Under the pieces are notes generated by a model that was not told the DNA's origin, searched no databases, and worked only from the letters and a program-made list of their open reading frames with translations. Positions 48,890 through 62,053 of a DNA stretch of 64,000 nt are shown here, in pieces. The first letter of the stretch is position 1. Every line of letters starts with the position of its first letter. Source of the DNA: Octopus sinensis. Lineage: Eukaryota. Made by a program: the position numbers and the translations under genes. The stretch covers positions 10,974,001-11,038,000 of the forward strand of contig NC_043010.1 of the NCBI RefSeq assembly GCF_006345805.1. Direction: 5' to 3'.

Positions 48890-49298
48890 ACAACCAATAT
48901 ATAACTCCCAAAAAGACTTCAAACATACCAAATTGTTTCAAACTCCACCCATCTAACACCCGTGGACATATTTACAAAGTCAGAAGACAGCACAGCTCCC
49001 ATGACTTTAGGAAACATTTTTTCACGCTGAGAGTTGCTGAAGCATGGAACAAACTGCTGGCATCAGTTGTTAGTTGTAGGAGCACTGCATCCTTCAAAAC
49101 TTCCATGCTTCCTGAGATTCGCCAACACTACACCTGATTTTCTCCCCTCTATACACACACAAGCATGTATCTGACTCATACACTGTTCGCTTTCCCGACA
49201 TTCGTACATTACTGCATACACTTTATATGCACTTTCTGACAAGTTGTGGTGCACCTGAGCACTGTATACAATAATTTCATTATTAATATTATTATTAA
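48890..49298 (+). mobile_element. CR1-group LINE 3' end (second family)
   Basis: SNTRGHIYKVRRQHSSHDFRKHFFTLRVAEAWNKLPASVVSC..SFK; ATT-rich tail. Confidence 0.85.
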
Positions 49299-49540
49299 GA
49301 TACAAAAATTCCTAGGCAGTATATTCTGAACAGTCATTAATATATCTTTATCATTAAGGTAATGAACTGAAAGAATCATAGGCACACTGAACAAAATGCT
49401 TAGCATTCATTCCATACATCATCATGTTCTGAGTTCAAATTCCATCAATGTCAACTTTGCCATCCATCTTTTTAGGGTCAATAAGATAAATACCAGTTAA
49501 ACACTGGCCTTGTGCTAAAGGTTGAAGCCAACATCATACT

Positions 49541-49875
49541 TACTCTCTTTACTCTTTTACTCTTTTATTTGTTTCAGTCATTTGACTGCGACCATGCTGG
49601 AGCACTGCCTTTAGTCGAGCAAATCGACCCCGAAACTTATTCTTTGTAAGCCCAGTACTTATTCTATTGGTCTCTTTTTGCCAAACTGCTAAGTGACGGG
49701 GACATAAACACACCAGCATCGGTTGTCAAGCAATGCTAGGGTGACAGACAAGACACACAAACATACACGCACACATATATATATATATGACGGGCTTCTT
49801 TCAGTTTCCGTCTACCAAATCCACTCACAAGGCTTTGGTCGGCCCGAGACTATAGTAGAAGACACTTGCCTAAGG
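49541..49875 (-). mobile_element. SINE family A, head truncated
   Basis: Tail and core; abuts a family D fragment. Confidence 0.88.
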
Positions 49876-50030
49876 ACTGGTGAACCAGATGGCTGCACCA
49901 GGCTCCAATCTTGATTTGGCAGAGTTTCTACAGCTGGATGCTTTTCTTAATGCCAACCACTCCGAGAGTGTAGTGGGTGCTTTTACATGCCACTGGCATG
50001 AGAGCCAGTCAGGCGGTACTGGCAACGGTC
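49876..50030 (-). mobile_element. SINE-like family D fragment
   Basis: GGCTGCACCAGGCTCC...CTGGATGC..AATGCCAACCACTCC. Confidence 0.8.
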
Positions 50031-50299
50031 ATGGAAAATCATGTTTCTTTTTTTCTTGGTTCATCTACTTATGCAAACTACAAGTACAGTAACTAATAGC
50101 TTTAAAGCAGTTGTAATATGTTCATAAATATAAAGAAAATTTAAAATGGAATGAGGAATAATTAATTTGTGACAGGTAGAACTTGCATCCAAGAGAACAA
50201 TCAACAATAGCTCCCATTTGTAGGTCCACTCAGTTCTGGGTGATGCAATTTTTTTCATCATAGAATTACAGAAAGTTGATGCCATTGTATGTAGGTGCA

Positions 50300-50830
50300 T
50301 TATGGTAGGAGGAGAGGGTGGGAGGATGGGAGGATGGGAGGATGGGAGGAGAGGGGTGGGTGGATGGAAAGAGAGGGGTAGGAGGAAGAGAGGGTGGAGA
50401 AGGGAAGGGAGGAGGAGAGGTTGAAGGAGAAGAAGGGGAAGAAGAGGAAGATGAAGAAGAAGTGGAGGAAGACGAAGAAGAAGAGGAAGAAGTGAAGGAA
50501 AAAAGAGAAAGTAGTAGAGGAGGAAGAAGGGGAAGAAAAAGTGGAGGAAGATGAGGAGGAGAAAGAAGAAAAGGAGGAAGAAGAAGAAGAAGAGGAAGAA
50601 GAAGGAGAGGAAGATGAAGGGGAGGAGGAAGAAGTGAAGGAAGAGGAGGAGGAAGAAGAAGTGGAAGAAGACGAAGAAGAAGAGGAAGAAGTGAAGGAAA
50701 AAGAGAGAGTAGTAGAGGAGGAAGAAGAGGAAGAAAAAGTGGAGGAAGATGAGGAGGAGAAAGAAGAAGAGGATGAAGAAGAAGAGGAGGAAGAAGAAGG
50801 GGAAGAGGAAGAAGGGGAGGAAGAGGAGGT
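50300..50830. repeat. Polypurine (GAA/GAG/GGA) low-complexity tract
   Basis: Direct reading; contains an internal duplication of about 200-bp period. Confidence 0.9.
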
Positions 50831-51380
50831 GGACATTGATATTGTTGATAACTATGATTACAACTCATGTTAAAACACCTATGTGAATTTATTATTCCTT
50901 CATTCACAAAACTCTTCTTCGCTTCACCTTCAAAAAGACAAAAACACAAAACACACACATACAAACACACACAAAAAAAATAAAAGAATGAAATACTGTT
51001 GCACTATCCATTAGCTCTTAATACATTTCTTTTAGATCTTTGTGAAGGCCAATATTTGAAACCGAGATACAGTTGTGATTTCTGTCCTTCAAACAGACTG
51101 CTCGGTGTGGTCACTGGAATATGATACGGCGATCTTTATCCCATTTACTAGTTCTTTCTTCAATACATTATTGATCACCCGGTATTTCTGCATTTCAACA
51201 ACAATGCTAAACCCCCAGCACTTTGTTGCATCTCACCCATTGAATGAGGTGATGCCAAATATTTCCCATAAATCATTCTCACCAAATTCCTTTAACCAGA
51301 ACATCATGACATATAACTGTGAAAGCATTCTAACCATTATTTCAAGATCTTCTCATGATTCTATTACCATTTTTCCTGCT

Positions 51381-51411
<31 letters not shown>

Positions 51412-51779
51412 CTGGTGTTGCAGCTGCTGTCTGTTATCATTTCTAATGTGTGTCTTTGCAACATCTAATCTTATAACAGCTGTACGAAGATTACTGTCTT
51501 TCTCTCAGGTAATAGGACTGGCTGAACAGATTATGAATCCACTGATATACTCAAAATATAGCTTCTCTTAGATTTGTATAAGCTGAATATTTTTTTATTG
51601 ACACTTATATGGTAATATCCCAACTTGTATGGCTAAATCATATTTTTTATTAAGCATCGCAAATGTTTTTTACAAACTATTCCGACAAAAAAAACAAAAA
51701 AATGTAACCATATTTTTTTGAATCTTTTTTTTCCTTTCTTTTTAGTCATTATTTGAAATATAAATAATCAACTGATTGA

Positions 51780-51969
51780 ACCATACACACACACACACAC
51801 ACACATATTAACATATATACACACACACATATATATATATATATGTATGTATGTAAGTATGCATGTATGTATGTATGTATGTATGTATGTATGTACGTAT
51901 GTATGTATGTAAGTATGTATCGATGTATGTATGTATGTGTGTATATATATATACATACATGTATGTGTA

Positions 51970-52028
<59 letters not shown>

Positions 52029-52032
52029 CATA

Positions 52033-52087
<55 letters not shown>

Positions 52088-52120
52088 GTGTGTGTATATG
52101 TATGTACGTATGTATACACA
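51780..52120. repeat. CA/TATG/TA compound microsatellite
   Basis: Direct reading. Confidence 0.95.
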
Positions 52121-52315
52121 CACATCTGTGTGTCCCTACTATCATTGTATTTAGTCTGTTTTCAGGAGAAAATCAAAACACCCATAGAAATGTGCTCTAG
52201 AATTATCTCTGCTCCGTTGTATCAAACTAGGAAGGAAGGATATATGCTTCCTGAATCTACACAGTTAATCACAGTTATATTCATGTATAATGTCAACCAT
52301 ACAAGTATATGTTTT

Positions 52316-52346
<31 letters not shown>

Positions 52347-52488
52347 TTATTATATACATTCACACATTTATATATGTCTATAATACATAAATGCATACAT
52401 ATAATATATATCATATATATATACATACACCCATACACATACACACATATCTACACACATACATTATATATCTACGCATATATATCTA

Positions 52489-52529
<41 letters not shown>

Positions 52530-53531
52530 TATATGTATGTATATATGTATATATATATGTGTATATATAATATATATATATATATAGATATATATATATA
52601 TAATATATATAATATATATATATATATTATATATTATATATAAACATATATATATATATATATACATATATAATAACAGCTTTTAGTATAAAAATGTGAT
52701 TTGGAATGTTGGGGATTTTTATGAATTTTCTTTCCTTTTTTTACCATTCATGGACCCATTTCTTTTGTATTTGACATGTTGGCAAATGTGGTCATTTGCT
52801 TGTATCTTTTATACTGAAATACTCTATCGAAAGTCAACCTTTGTATTTATATTGTGAAGTGTTTTCTGAGAAATATGTTATATTGCTAATCTATAAATTA
52901 CTTTGGATAGAGCAGTCCACTGGAAAAATTACACGATGAATGTCCGCATTTGCTTGGATCTTTTATGCTACAATACTCTATCTAAAGTTAACCTTTGTAC
53001 GTTTTATTATGGAGTGTTTTCTGAAAAAATATATTATATCTCCAAGCATAAAGATACAATATTTAGTACAGAGAAAGAAAAAAAAAAAGGATTCAAGGCA
53101 ATAAGTGTAACTCCTTAATTATCATATCTTTACAATCTATAATATTGATGGTTTCTTTACTAGCTATAAGGGCATTTGAAAATGGAGGTATTGAATGGAT
53201 GGGAGCAAAGCATAGAAAGGAGATGGATTGGACAATTTTAACATGAAATTATTTTAATTATTGATTAAAAAGACAATATTATAAAATAATGAATGAGTAA
53301 CTGAAAAAATGCCATAAAGAAAGCAGCCACACAGACTACATCAAGGCTTTCTGCAAACCACAGACATCACTCTCCGCTAAAGATTAATGTTTTCTGTCTA
53401 TCTAAAGTTTATGATTAAAAATATAATCATCAACGACAAACAAAAAAAAAAAGCGGTATCTCACTAGAATGTTTTTAATCATAGGACTGCTTGCTCTGGA
53501 TTAAACCTGGAGCCTATGTTAAATATAGGCA

Positions 53532-53532
<1 letters not shown>

Positions 53533-53573
<41 letters not shown>

Positions 53574-53587
53574 TGATGATGATGATG

Positions 53588-53636
<49 letters not shown>

Positions 53637-53644
53637 TGATAATG

Positions 53645-53704
<60 letters not shown>

Positions 53705-53750
53705 TAATAATAATAATAATAATAATAATAATTATGATGATGATGATGAT
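53533..53750. repeat. (AAT/GAT)n microsatellite
   Basis: Direct reading. Confidence 0.95.
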
Positions 53751-53756
53751 GATTTC

Positions 53757-54253
53757 AAATTTTGACCCAAGGCCAGCAATTTCGAGGGAGGGACCTAGTT
53801 GGTCACATCGACCCCAGTACTTGACTGGTACTTATTTTATATCTACTCCAAAAGGATGAAAAATAAAGTCAACCTTAGTGGAATTTGAACTCAGAACATG
53901 CAAACTAATGAAATGCTGCTTAGCATTTTGTCTGGCGTGCTAAAGATCCTGTCAGCTTGGTGCTTTAATCATCAGCATCATCATCATCATCGTGATAGTA
54001 ATAATCATAATAATAATAATAATAATAAAAATAATAATAATTTATTTCTTTACTACCCACACAGGGCTAAACACAGAGTGGACAAACAAGGACAGACAGA
54101 TGGATTAAGTCGATTACATCAACCCCAGTGCGTAACTGGTACTTATTTTATCGACCGCGAAAGGATAAAAGGCAAAGTCGACCTCGGCGGAATTTGAACC
54201 CAGAAGGTAATGGCAGACGAAATACGTCTACGCATTTCGCCCGGCGTGCTAAC
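53757..54253 (-). mobile_element. SINE family B-variant (53757-53955) and family B (54043-54253)
   Basis: Reverse complement of head and core in both. Confidence 0.85.
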
Positions 54254-54558
54254 TAGTAATAGAATTCATGTTTCCAGACTATCTATGACTGGATGACATG
54301 AAGGGAACTAAAAGAAAAACTAGATGCTGCCATTAAAGAGGCAGAGAAGTATAAAAGAGAACTAGACTTAGATGTAAATGATAATGCCATAGCGGCAATG
54401 CCAACAGAAGCAGCAAAACAACAAACAAAAGGCTAAAATAAATGAAAACTTGAAAAATCTTATAAGCTAATGGCAAGAGAAACCACTCCATGGTCAGTAT
54501 CCCAAATGAACCAGAGAAGTAGATATAAATAAAGAAAGAATACACCAGTGGTTATGTA

Positions 54559-54764
54559 TTGGGTTGTCCAGAAAGTTCATGCCGATTTATAGTAGCTTAC
54601 CTTTCGACTAACCCTCCCAGGCAACTCAATTCTGGGAAGAGGGTATTTTCAAGTTAAAAGAAAGTTTGTGCAACAAAATGGTTCATATTTGGTTGATTAA
54701 AAAATGTAATGGCAAGTATTTATTGACCTTTTTCTTTCCTTTAAAAACCGGCACGAACTTTCCG
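54559..54764 (+). mobile_element. Internally deleted mariner element nested in the LINE
   Basis: TA-TTGGGTTGTCCAGAAAGTTCATGCCGATTT left TIR; EGIFKL..VQQNGSYLVD* C-terminal remnant; truncated right TIR CCGGCACGAACTTTCCG. Confidence 0.75.
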
Positions 54765-54977
54765 TAGAAACTGAAGGTTTTAAAATGGCAGCTCAGTAGC
54801 AATCTCTACACACGGCAAACTATGAAGCAAATGTTGTCTGCAGTGGTGCTGACCCAAACTGCAGACTGTAATAATGGTATTGAAATCATTGACCACATTG
54901 TGGCGGCTGCTTTAAAGTCGTAAAGACCAAGTACAAAACTGGACATGACAGAATAAGGCAGTAGCTACATTAGAATA

Positions 54978-55205
54978 TATTTCTTTACTACCCACAAGGG
55001 GCTAAACACAGAGGGGGCAAGCAAGGACAGACAAACGGATTAAGTCGATTACATCGACCCCAGTACGTAACTGGTACTTAATTTATCGACCCCGAAAGGA
55101 TGAAAGGCGAAGTCGACCTCGGCGGAATTTGAACCCAGAACGTAACGACAGACGAAATACGGCTACGCATTTCGCCCGGCATGCTAACGTTTCTGCCAGT
55201 TCGCC
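54978..55205 (-). mobile_element. SINE family B nested in the LINE
   Basis: Near-consensus full copy. Confidence 0.92.
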
Positions 55206-55479
55206 ATTGTCATTATGACATTCCTCTTCCTAAAAACTGGTATGGACACCACCTGAAAAACCAGTCACAGAGGACTATTCTCTGGGACTTTACCATCCAT
55301 ACTTACAGACAATAAATACCAAAAGACCTGGTATTATTATGAAAGATCATCAACAAAATGTCTGCTATGTAATTATCTGATCAAAATATCCCAATCCTAA
55401 GAATTCAAAAAGATAGGCTAAATACAAGGACCTAGAGATAGAAATCAACAGAATGTGGAAACTGAAAATAGTTACTCTA

Positions 55480-55536
55480 ATGGTGGTGGTGGTAGTACTG
55501 GTGGTGGTAGTAGTGGTAGTAGTAGTGGTGGTAGTA

Positions 55537-55580
<44 letters not shown>

Positions 55581-55587
55581 AGTAGTG

Positions 55588-55630
<43 letters not shown>

Positions 55631-55801
55631 TAGTAGTGGTAGTGGTAGTGGTAGTGGTAGTGGTAGTAGTAGTAGTAGTAGTAGTGGTAGTAGTAGTAGT
55701 ATAGTAGTAGTAGTAGTAGTAGTTAGTAGTAGTAGTAGTATAGTAGTAGTAGTAGTAGTGGTGTAGTAGTAGTGGTAGTGGTAGTAGTAGTAGTAGTAGT
55801 A

Positions 55802-55834
<33 letters not shown>

Positions 55835-55858
55835 TAGTAGTAGTAGTAGTAGTAGTAG
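55480..55858. repeat. (GTA/GTG)n expansion inside the LINE ORF
   Basis: Direct reading; LINE coding similarity resumes at 55859. Confidence 0.95.
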
Positions 55859-56379
55859 GCATGGTTAAAAATGGATCTTCAGTTTTCGTTGGTAATACAC
55901 CAGGAAAATTAAATATAAATAATGTCCGAAAGATTGCTCTAACTTCAACAGCTGAACTCTTGAGAAAATTCCTATCATTCTAACATATTTATTAGCCTTT
56001 AGGTCTTAAGGAGAGACCCTACAAGTAAATGGAATGCCCTGAAATCAAGCCTAAATATAAAATATAATAATGATAATAATAATGATGCTGATGGTGGGAG
56101 CTGCAGTGGTGACTATGATGAAGATGACAACAACAACAAGAACAATAATAATAATAATAATGCTGTTAACAAACTTAGAAATATGGAAAGATTTGCCTAT
56201 GGACAAACTTATAACCAAAACATTGTGAAAAATTATACAAAACATTTAAACCACAAGAAACTATGAGCTATAAACAAACTAAAATAGCACAACAGAACCT
56301 AGCTTCCCCGAAAAATATGTGAGACCCCACTCAAAATAAATAAAAGGGACACAACAGAATCAATCATATCAAGTGAATA

Positions 56380-56683
56380 TCTTTATATATAAAAGTGAAG
56401 TTGTGTGGGTGTCTGTCTCCTATGATTTAGATTCCTAACTACTCCCACATTTTGCGGTGCAGTTTAACCAAAACCAGGTATCTTATAGTCGTGATTCATA
56501 TCGAGCCCTTCTGGGTATTAGCGCGCGTCTATGATGAGTCTACGATTTAAAAAAAAATTTCCCATCATTTTTTCCCATTTTTAATGCATTTTTTTTGCTA
56601 TTATATAAGGGAAGTAACTCTCTAAAAATGCTTATATAGTTATTTCCCTTACAAACCCGAGCAACGCCGGGCGATACTGCTAG
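56380..56683 (+). mobile_element. Non-autonomous Helitron
   Basis: 5' TC, 3' CTAG, inserted between A56379 and T56684, subterminal hairpin CCCGAGC-AAC-GCCGGG, no TSD. Confidence 0.85.
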
Positions 56684-56799
56684 TAATATATGAAAACCCG
56701 AACCAAAGTGAAATTATTACAGAGCTGTCCACAAAAGAAATAAACAGCAATGGTAAAGCAAATGTAAAACATCTATTGGGAGACGTGAGCTGAAACATA

Positions 56800-57032
56800 T
56801 TCTTTTATTCTTTTATTCTTTCACTTGTTTCAGTCATTTGACTGCGGCCATGCTGGAGCACCGCCTTTTAGTCGAGCAAATTGACCCCAGGACTTATTCT
56901 TCGTAAGCCTAGTACTTATTCTATCGGCTGCTTTTGCCGAACCGCTAAGTTACGGGGAAGTAAACACACCAGCATCGGTTGTCAAGCGATGCTAGAGGGA
57001 CAAACACAGTCACACAAACATACACAAACACA

Positions 57033-57072
<40 letters not shown>

Positions 57073-57236
57073 TACGACGGGCTTCTTTCAGTTTCCGTCT
57101 ACCAAATCCACTCACAAGGCATTGGTCGGCCCGAGGCTATAGCAGAAGACACTTGCCCAAGGTGCCACACAGTGGGACTGAACCCAGAACCATGTGGTTG
57201 GTAAGCAAGCTACTTACCACACAGTCACTCCTGCGC
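56800..57236 (-). mobile_element. SINE family A, full length
   Basis: Reverse complement of head, core and tail. Confidence 0.92.
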
Positions 57237-57789
57237 ATATAAGACAAACACTGTTGGAATGCATCACAAAATACACAGGTTCACCAAAAACATGTCCTCA
57301 GGCCTATATCTAATAAGAAACAGAATATTAAAAAAAGCACACTATCACCACCAAGATCCACTAGAACTGATAGTGAGATTGACCAGATTGAAGCAATGAC
57401 AAAATAGAAAAATGTAAAGAACATCACAAATTCTATAAACAAGAATCAATGAAAAAGTCTCTCCGAACTACGAAGGAATAAATAGCTCAGTGAATGAAGG
57501 AATAAATAAAATAAGTATAATAGAACCCTTCAAGTATTTTATATTCATGACAACAGAGTGTCTGAAAATTGACAGACTGAATAATCTGATCTGCTCTGTA
57601 GCTGTAATGATATTAAGAGAATGTTGGCTCAAGTCTAACAGGAAAAAAAGCCCCAGCCAAGCCCTAGACCCCAAAATGTAAAGGAAAAATAGCAAAAAAT
57701 AATTGGAAAAACAATAGAAAGACTTATTCTAATTCTGTGAACTAGAAGAAAAGGAATGCAACGTGAAAAAACCGAAAAAAACAGGATTT

Positions 57790-57945
57790 AGGTGTGGCTG
57801 TGTAGAAGTTTGTTTTCTAGCACATGGTTCCAGGTTCAATCCAACTGAATGACACATCAGGCAAGTGTTTTGTACTATAGCAATCAGGCCAACCAAATAC
57901 TTGTGAGTGTATTTAGGAGATAGAAACTGAAAGAAGCTGGTTGTA
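57790..57945 (+). mobile_element. SINE family A head, decayed
   Basis: GGTGTGGCTGTGT...GAAACTGAAAGAAGC. Confidence 0.7.
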
Positions 57946-57998
57946 TACATGTATGTATGTATGTATGTATGTATGTATGTATGTATGTATGTATATCT

Positions 57999-58060
<62 letters not shown>

Positions 58061-58624
58061 GTGTGTGTGTGTGTGTATGTATGTTTGTATATGCATATGT
58101 GTGTACCTTTGCCAAGACATATGATAGTTGTGAATGAGCATCATCATCATCATACAAGAGAGGTTGTACATCTCCATTCTTCTTTGAAAAACATGTCGAG
58201 CTATCGGAAAGTATTAGCTTACTTGGAGACAGGTAAGGGTTGGCAACAGAAAGTTCATGAACCCAGAGGAAACCTGCAGAAATAAGTTTCGTCTGACCCC
58301 CAAAAAAGGAAAAAGGAAATACTAAATGTTGATGATGATGGTAGTGGTGAGTAGTGGTGGTGACGATGACAACAACAGCGATGAAGAAGATGAGAAGGAC
58401 AAAGGGGAAGAAGAGAAGGACGAGGAGGAGGAAGAGGAGGACGAGGTGGAGGAAGAGGTGGAAGAGGGTCTTTCTATTTGAAATATGAAAAGTTCAAGGA
58501 TGGTGCATACATTAGGAAGAGCATGAACTCTTCTTCCAAGAAAACATAGAATTTTAGTTTTGATACTAAATTATTCTACATCCGAAATCGAAATCGAAAT
58601 CAGAAGCGAAATTGAACCAATCCT

Positions 58625-58970
58625 ATGACTGGCACCCGGCAGATGTCAGAACCCCTGGACTGGTGGTACGTAAAAAGCACTATCCGAATCGTGGCTGCCT
58701 CGACTGGCTTACATACCAGTGGCACGTAAAATGCACCAATCCGACCATGGCTGTTGCCAGCCTCACCTGGCACCTGTGCAGGTGGCACGTAAAAAGACCC
58801 ACTACACTCACGGAGTGGTTGGCATTAGGAAGGGCATCCAGCTGTAGAAACATTGCCAGATAAGACTGGAGCCTGGTGCAGCCTTCTGGCTTCCCAGATC
58901 CCCGGTAGAACCGTCCAACCCATGCTAGCATGGAGAACGGACGTTAAACGATGATGATGATGATGATGAT
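58625..58970 (+). mobile_element. SINE-like family D
   Basis: Homologous to 20627-20958; (GAT)n tail. Confidence 0.88.
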
Positions 58971-59214
58971 TAACACCAAAAACAATGGAACATACAGCAA
59001 CACCTTCAAAAATGCTGACATACTGGATGCGATATGAAGTTGGAAAGACCAACAGAATTAAATACGCACAATAGATAGGAAGTAAATAAAAAGTAAATAA
59101 AAATAAATAAACAGTATAGATAAAAAGTCAAGAGGATGACAAAATGTATTATAGCAACATTGACATGTCAAATCATCATCAGTGTGAAAATTACAGCTGG
59201 GAAATGCTAGTGAC

Positions 59215-59645
59215 TGGGCTAGTTGGCTGGGTCATGCCCTCCACCATCAACCAGGAGAATTCATCTACAAAGCAATTGCCCCAGCTCCCCTTCAGGTTGG
59301 CGAAAGCGATGTGGTGGACAACGAAAAACCTGGCTGATGACAGTCAAGGCTAATCTGGAACCCAACCTACGAAGCAATTGCCCCAGCTCCCCTTCAGGGT
59401 TGGCGAAAGCGATGTGGCAGACAACGAAAAACCTGGTTGATGACAGTCAAGGCTGATCTGGAACCCAACCTAGGTCCCCATATCTACAGCGTTCGCTGCT
59501 GGAATAGGGAGTGGTTGGAGATCACACAGCCGTTAGCCTCAAATTGCCAGGCCTGGTCGGCATTTGTGAGAGATGCAGCATTGAGGATGGATGAAGCCAG
59601 CTCAACCCACCCTGGATAAATGCTGTCTCAAGACAAGACAAAAAG
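59215..59645 (+). mobile_element. RTE-clade LINE 3' fragment (second family) with 102-bp internal duplication
   Basis: WLGHALH..GWRKRCGGQRKTWLMTVKADLEP..W.AFVRDA; CAAGA tail repeats. Confidence 0.8.
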
Positions 59646-61112
59646 TAACTGGAAAATACTAGGAATAAATATGATCCCAAATTTCTGGCTGAAACACCTT
59701 ACCAGTATTCAGCATGGAATTAACCATTAAGCAAATTAAGCATCAAGGGATGTGGGGGAAACACAGAAATGGTAAGTGGTTTACAGCACAAAAGAAATCA
59801 CTTTAAATTTTCTAAAATAATATTCAAAGTGGTTTATATAATCAGAAATATAATTTTGAAGTGTTTATGGTGTCATAATAGGTATCTGATCAAAGATTTT
59901 GCAATTAAAAAAAAAGTAGGAGAAAACTTTTCAAATATAAATTAAGTGGAAGTATACAAAAATAAACATTATTTTCCATTATGCTATTAGTTTCATTTCA
60001 TTTTGAAAAATAAACATTTATTTTATGGTTTATTATTGCTAATATTTTGAATTACACATACAAGGGAGTATGAAAATCTCTTAAGTGCTTGAGGTCTTCT
60101 ATGGGTCATAAACTGGCCCCTACCAGTAGTCATGCGGAAAACTCCTTTAATCACCCCCAAAACATGAACCCATACCTCTTCGAAATTATTGGTGGATGCC
60201 TACTGACAACATAAAATGCCTTCATATCAGTTATGAACAGTATTTACACTTCTGGAAAATAATAATGTTTTATCAGACGAGCAAAAAGTGAATGTCAATT
60301 TTTTCCTTGTAAAAATAAATGTGTATACTCTACTAAAAAAGTCCCTAGTGGTTCTTTCAGTTTAATGTGTGTGCATGTGTATGTTTATGTATGTGGACCT
60401 TGTCTAGACATCATGTGATGGCTGTAAATAAGTGAGGCCATTCGTTTCCGGTCTTCTGCTAAAGACATGACTAGCTATGGGAAAATATTGCATTACTTGG
60501 AAACAGGTAAGGGTTGGTGACAGAAAAGTCTACCTCAGCAAGTTTTGTTTGACTTACAGAAGCATAGAAAAGTGGTTGTTAAATGGTGCTGATAACCATA
60601 TATATTTATCATAGCTTTAAAACAGTAAACTGTTGAGAGATAAACTCATTACTAGAATAAGACGCAAGTTTATTTTGTTGACATTGTCTGTGTGAAGATT
60701 CTCCAATTTTAACTTTTTGATTTAATTTTTCTGCAGTGCAAGCATTTCTTACAAATGTGAGCCAAATCTGACTTCCACCGTATTTAGCATTTTGTTATTG
60801 CTTAACCCTGTGTCATCTTTGTTCAGCTGACCTATGATCTAAGGCACTGAAGTTATTGGTCATTCTATCTTTATTGTAAAGCATTGTGTATTTAGGGTTA
60901 TAGTCTCTTCCTGGATACACAATATCTCCTACTTTTTAAACAGGAGGCTGGGATATGCTTTATATGAGGAAAATTTGGCTGTTATTTATAGCAGATCAAG
61001 CATCTACTTAGCAGAAGTTATTTTTCTGATGTTGATGATTCCAGGTGAGCTCTAAATTATAACAAAGTTCAGGAGTGTTTCTGTAAAGTTTATGGAATGG
61101 TTAAAACAGCTA

Positions 61113-61372
61113 ATTACAAAAAGCATGGAACAAACTGCCGGCATCGGTTGTTAGTTGTCGGAGCACTGCATCCTTCAAAACTTCCATGCTTTCTGAGATT
61201 CGCCAACACTACACCTGATTTCCTCCCGTCCATACACACACAAGCATGTATCTGACTCATACATTGTTCGCTTTCCAGACATTTGTATATTACTGCATAC
61301 ACTTTATACGCACTTTCTGACAAGTTGTGGTGCACCTGAGCACTGTATACAATAATTTCATTATTATTATTT
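61113..61372 (+). mobile_element. CR1-group LINE 3' end, copy of 49030-49298
   Basis: About 90% identical; ATT tail. Confidence 0.88.
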
Positions 61373-62013
61373 TACTTACAATTAACCAGTAGAGCTCTAT
61401 TCATGGTGGCAACATGACTGTCCAGTTTTTTTTTGTTTAGAGATACAGTAGGCTCTTGTAATGTATGATGTAAAGTTTATAGATAATATTAACCAGGCTC
61501 TCTGTTGACTTTAAATTAGCCAACAAAGAACCCTGTCTGCAGCAGCAGTATCCTATAAGTTCTATTGTACAGGGATACAAAAAGACTCAAGGGATGCAGT
61601 TTTATTTGAATAGATACAGTTCTGAATGGACAGACCTTAAAATAAAGGTTAACTATAATCACCTCATTTTTAATTTCAAGTAGTATACCAATGAATCTAG
61701 GTGCTTGTTATCCAATGTTTCCTTTATTTTTAAAGACGGCAGAGTATGATTTGAGGGAAATTTGGCTGCTATTTCTAGTAGGTTAAATAAATGACTGCAT
61801 AGGAAAAAAATGCCCCTTTAGCTTATTTTACTGCTAGATTCAGTTACGTGTCTTTGCTGTAAACACATCACATTTTCATCAGGGATGAGACACAAACCGT
61901 TAACTCATTTGCTGTCGGCCAACAACATATTGATTCTTTCAGCTGTGACACTCACAGATGGCGAAATAGCATTTAAAAACAAAAACAAAAACAAAAACAA
62001 AAAACATAATAAA

Positions 62014-62053
<40 letters not shown>

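Larger units (their letters stand above)
54265..56080 (+). mobile_element. R4/Dong-clade (RLE-type) non-LTR retrotransposon 3' fragment, decayed
   Basis: WQEKPLHGQYP..HQWL, ETEGF.MAAQ, DPNCRL*..IDHIVA (CCHC knuckle), ILWDFTIHT, KYKDLEIEINRMWKLK, RKIALTSTAELLRK; AAT-rich end. Confidence 0.85.
56160..57730 (+). mobile_element. Possible second, older R4/Dong-type fragment (N-terminal ORF region)
   Basis: LNNLICSVAVMILRE..PKM*RKNSKK*LEKQ*KDL loosely resembles the R4 pre-RT region; interrupted by a Helitron and a SINE. Confidence 0.35.

Noticed and set aside
50541-50873. Poly-Glu acidic protein exon
   Set aside because: Lies wholly within a GAA/GAG low-complexity tract; no start or splice support.
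51385-51515. Minus-strand Gln/His-rich exon (…QQLQHQHHHHHHQQQQQQEK)
   Set aside because: A stop directly precedes it, the acceptor is poor and the tract is a simple CAG/CAT repeat.
60065-60330. Mariner-like terminus TACAAGGGAGTATGAAAA
   Set aside because: Only a short resemblance; no matching TIR or transposase motif found.
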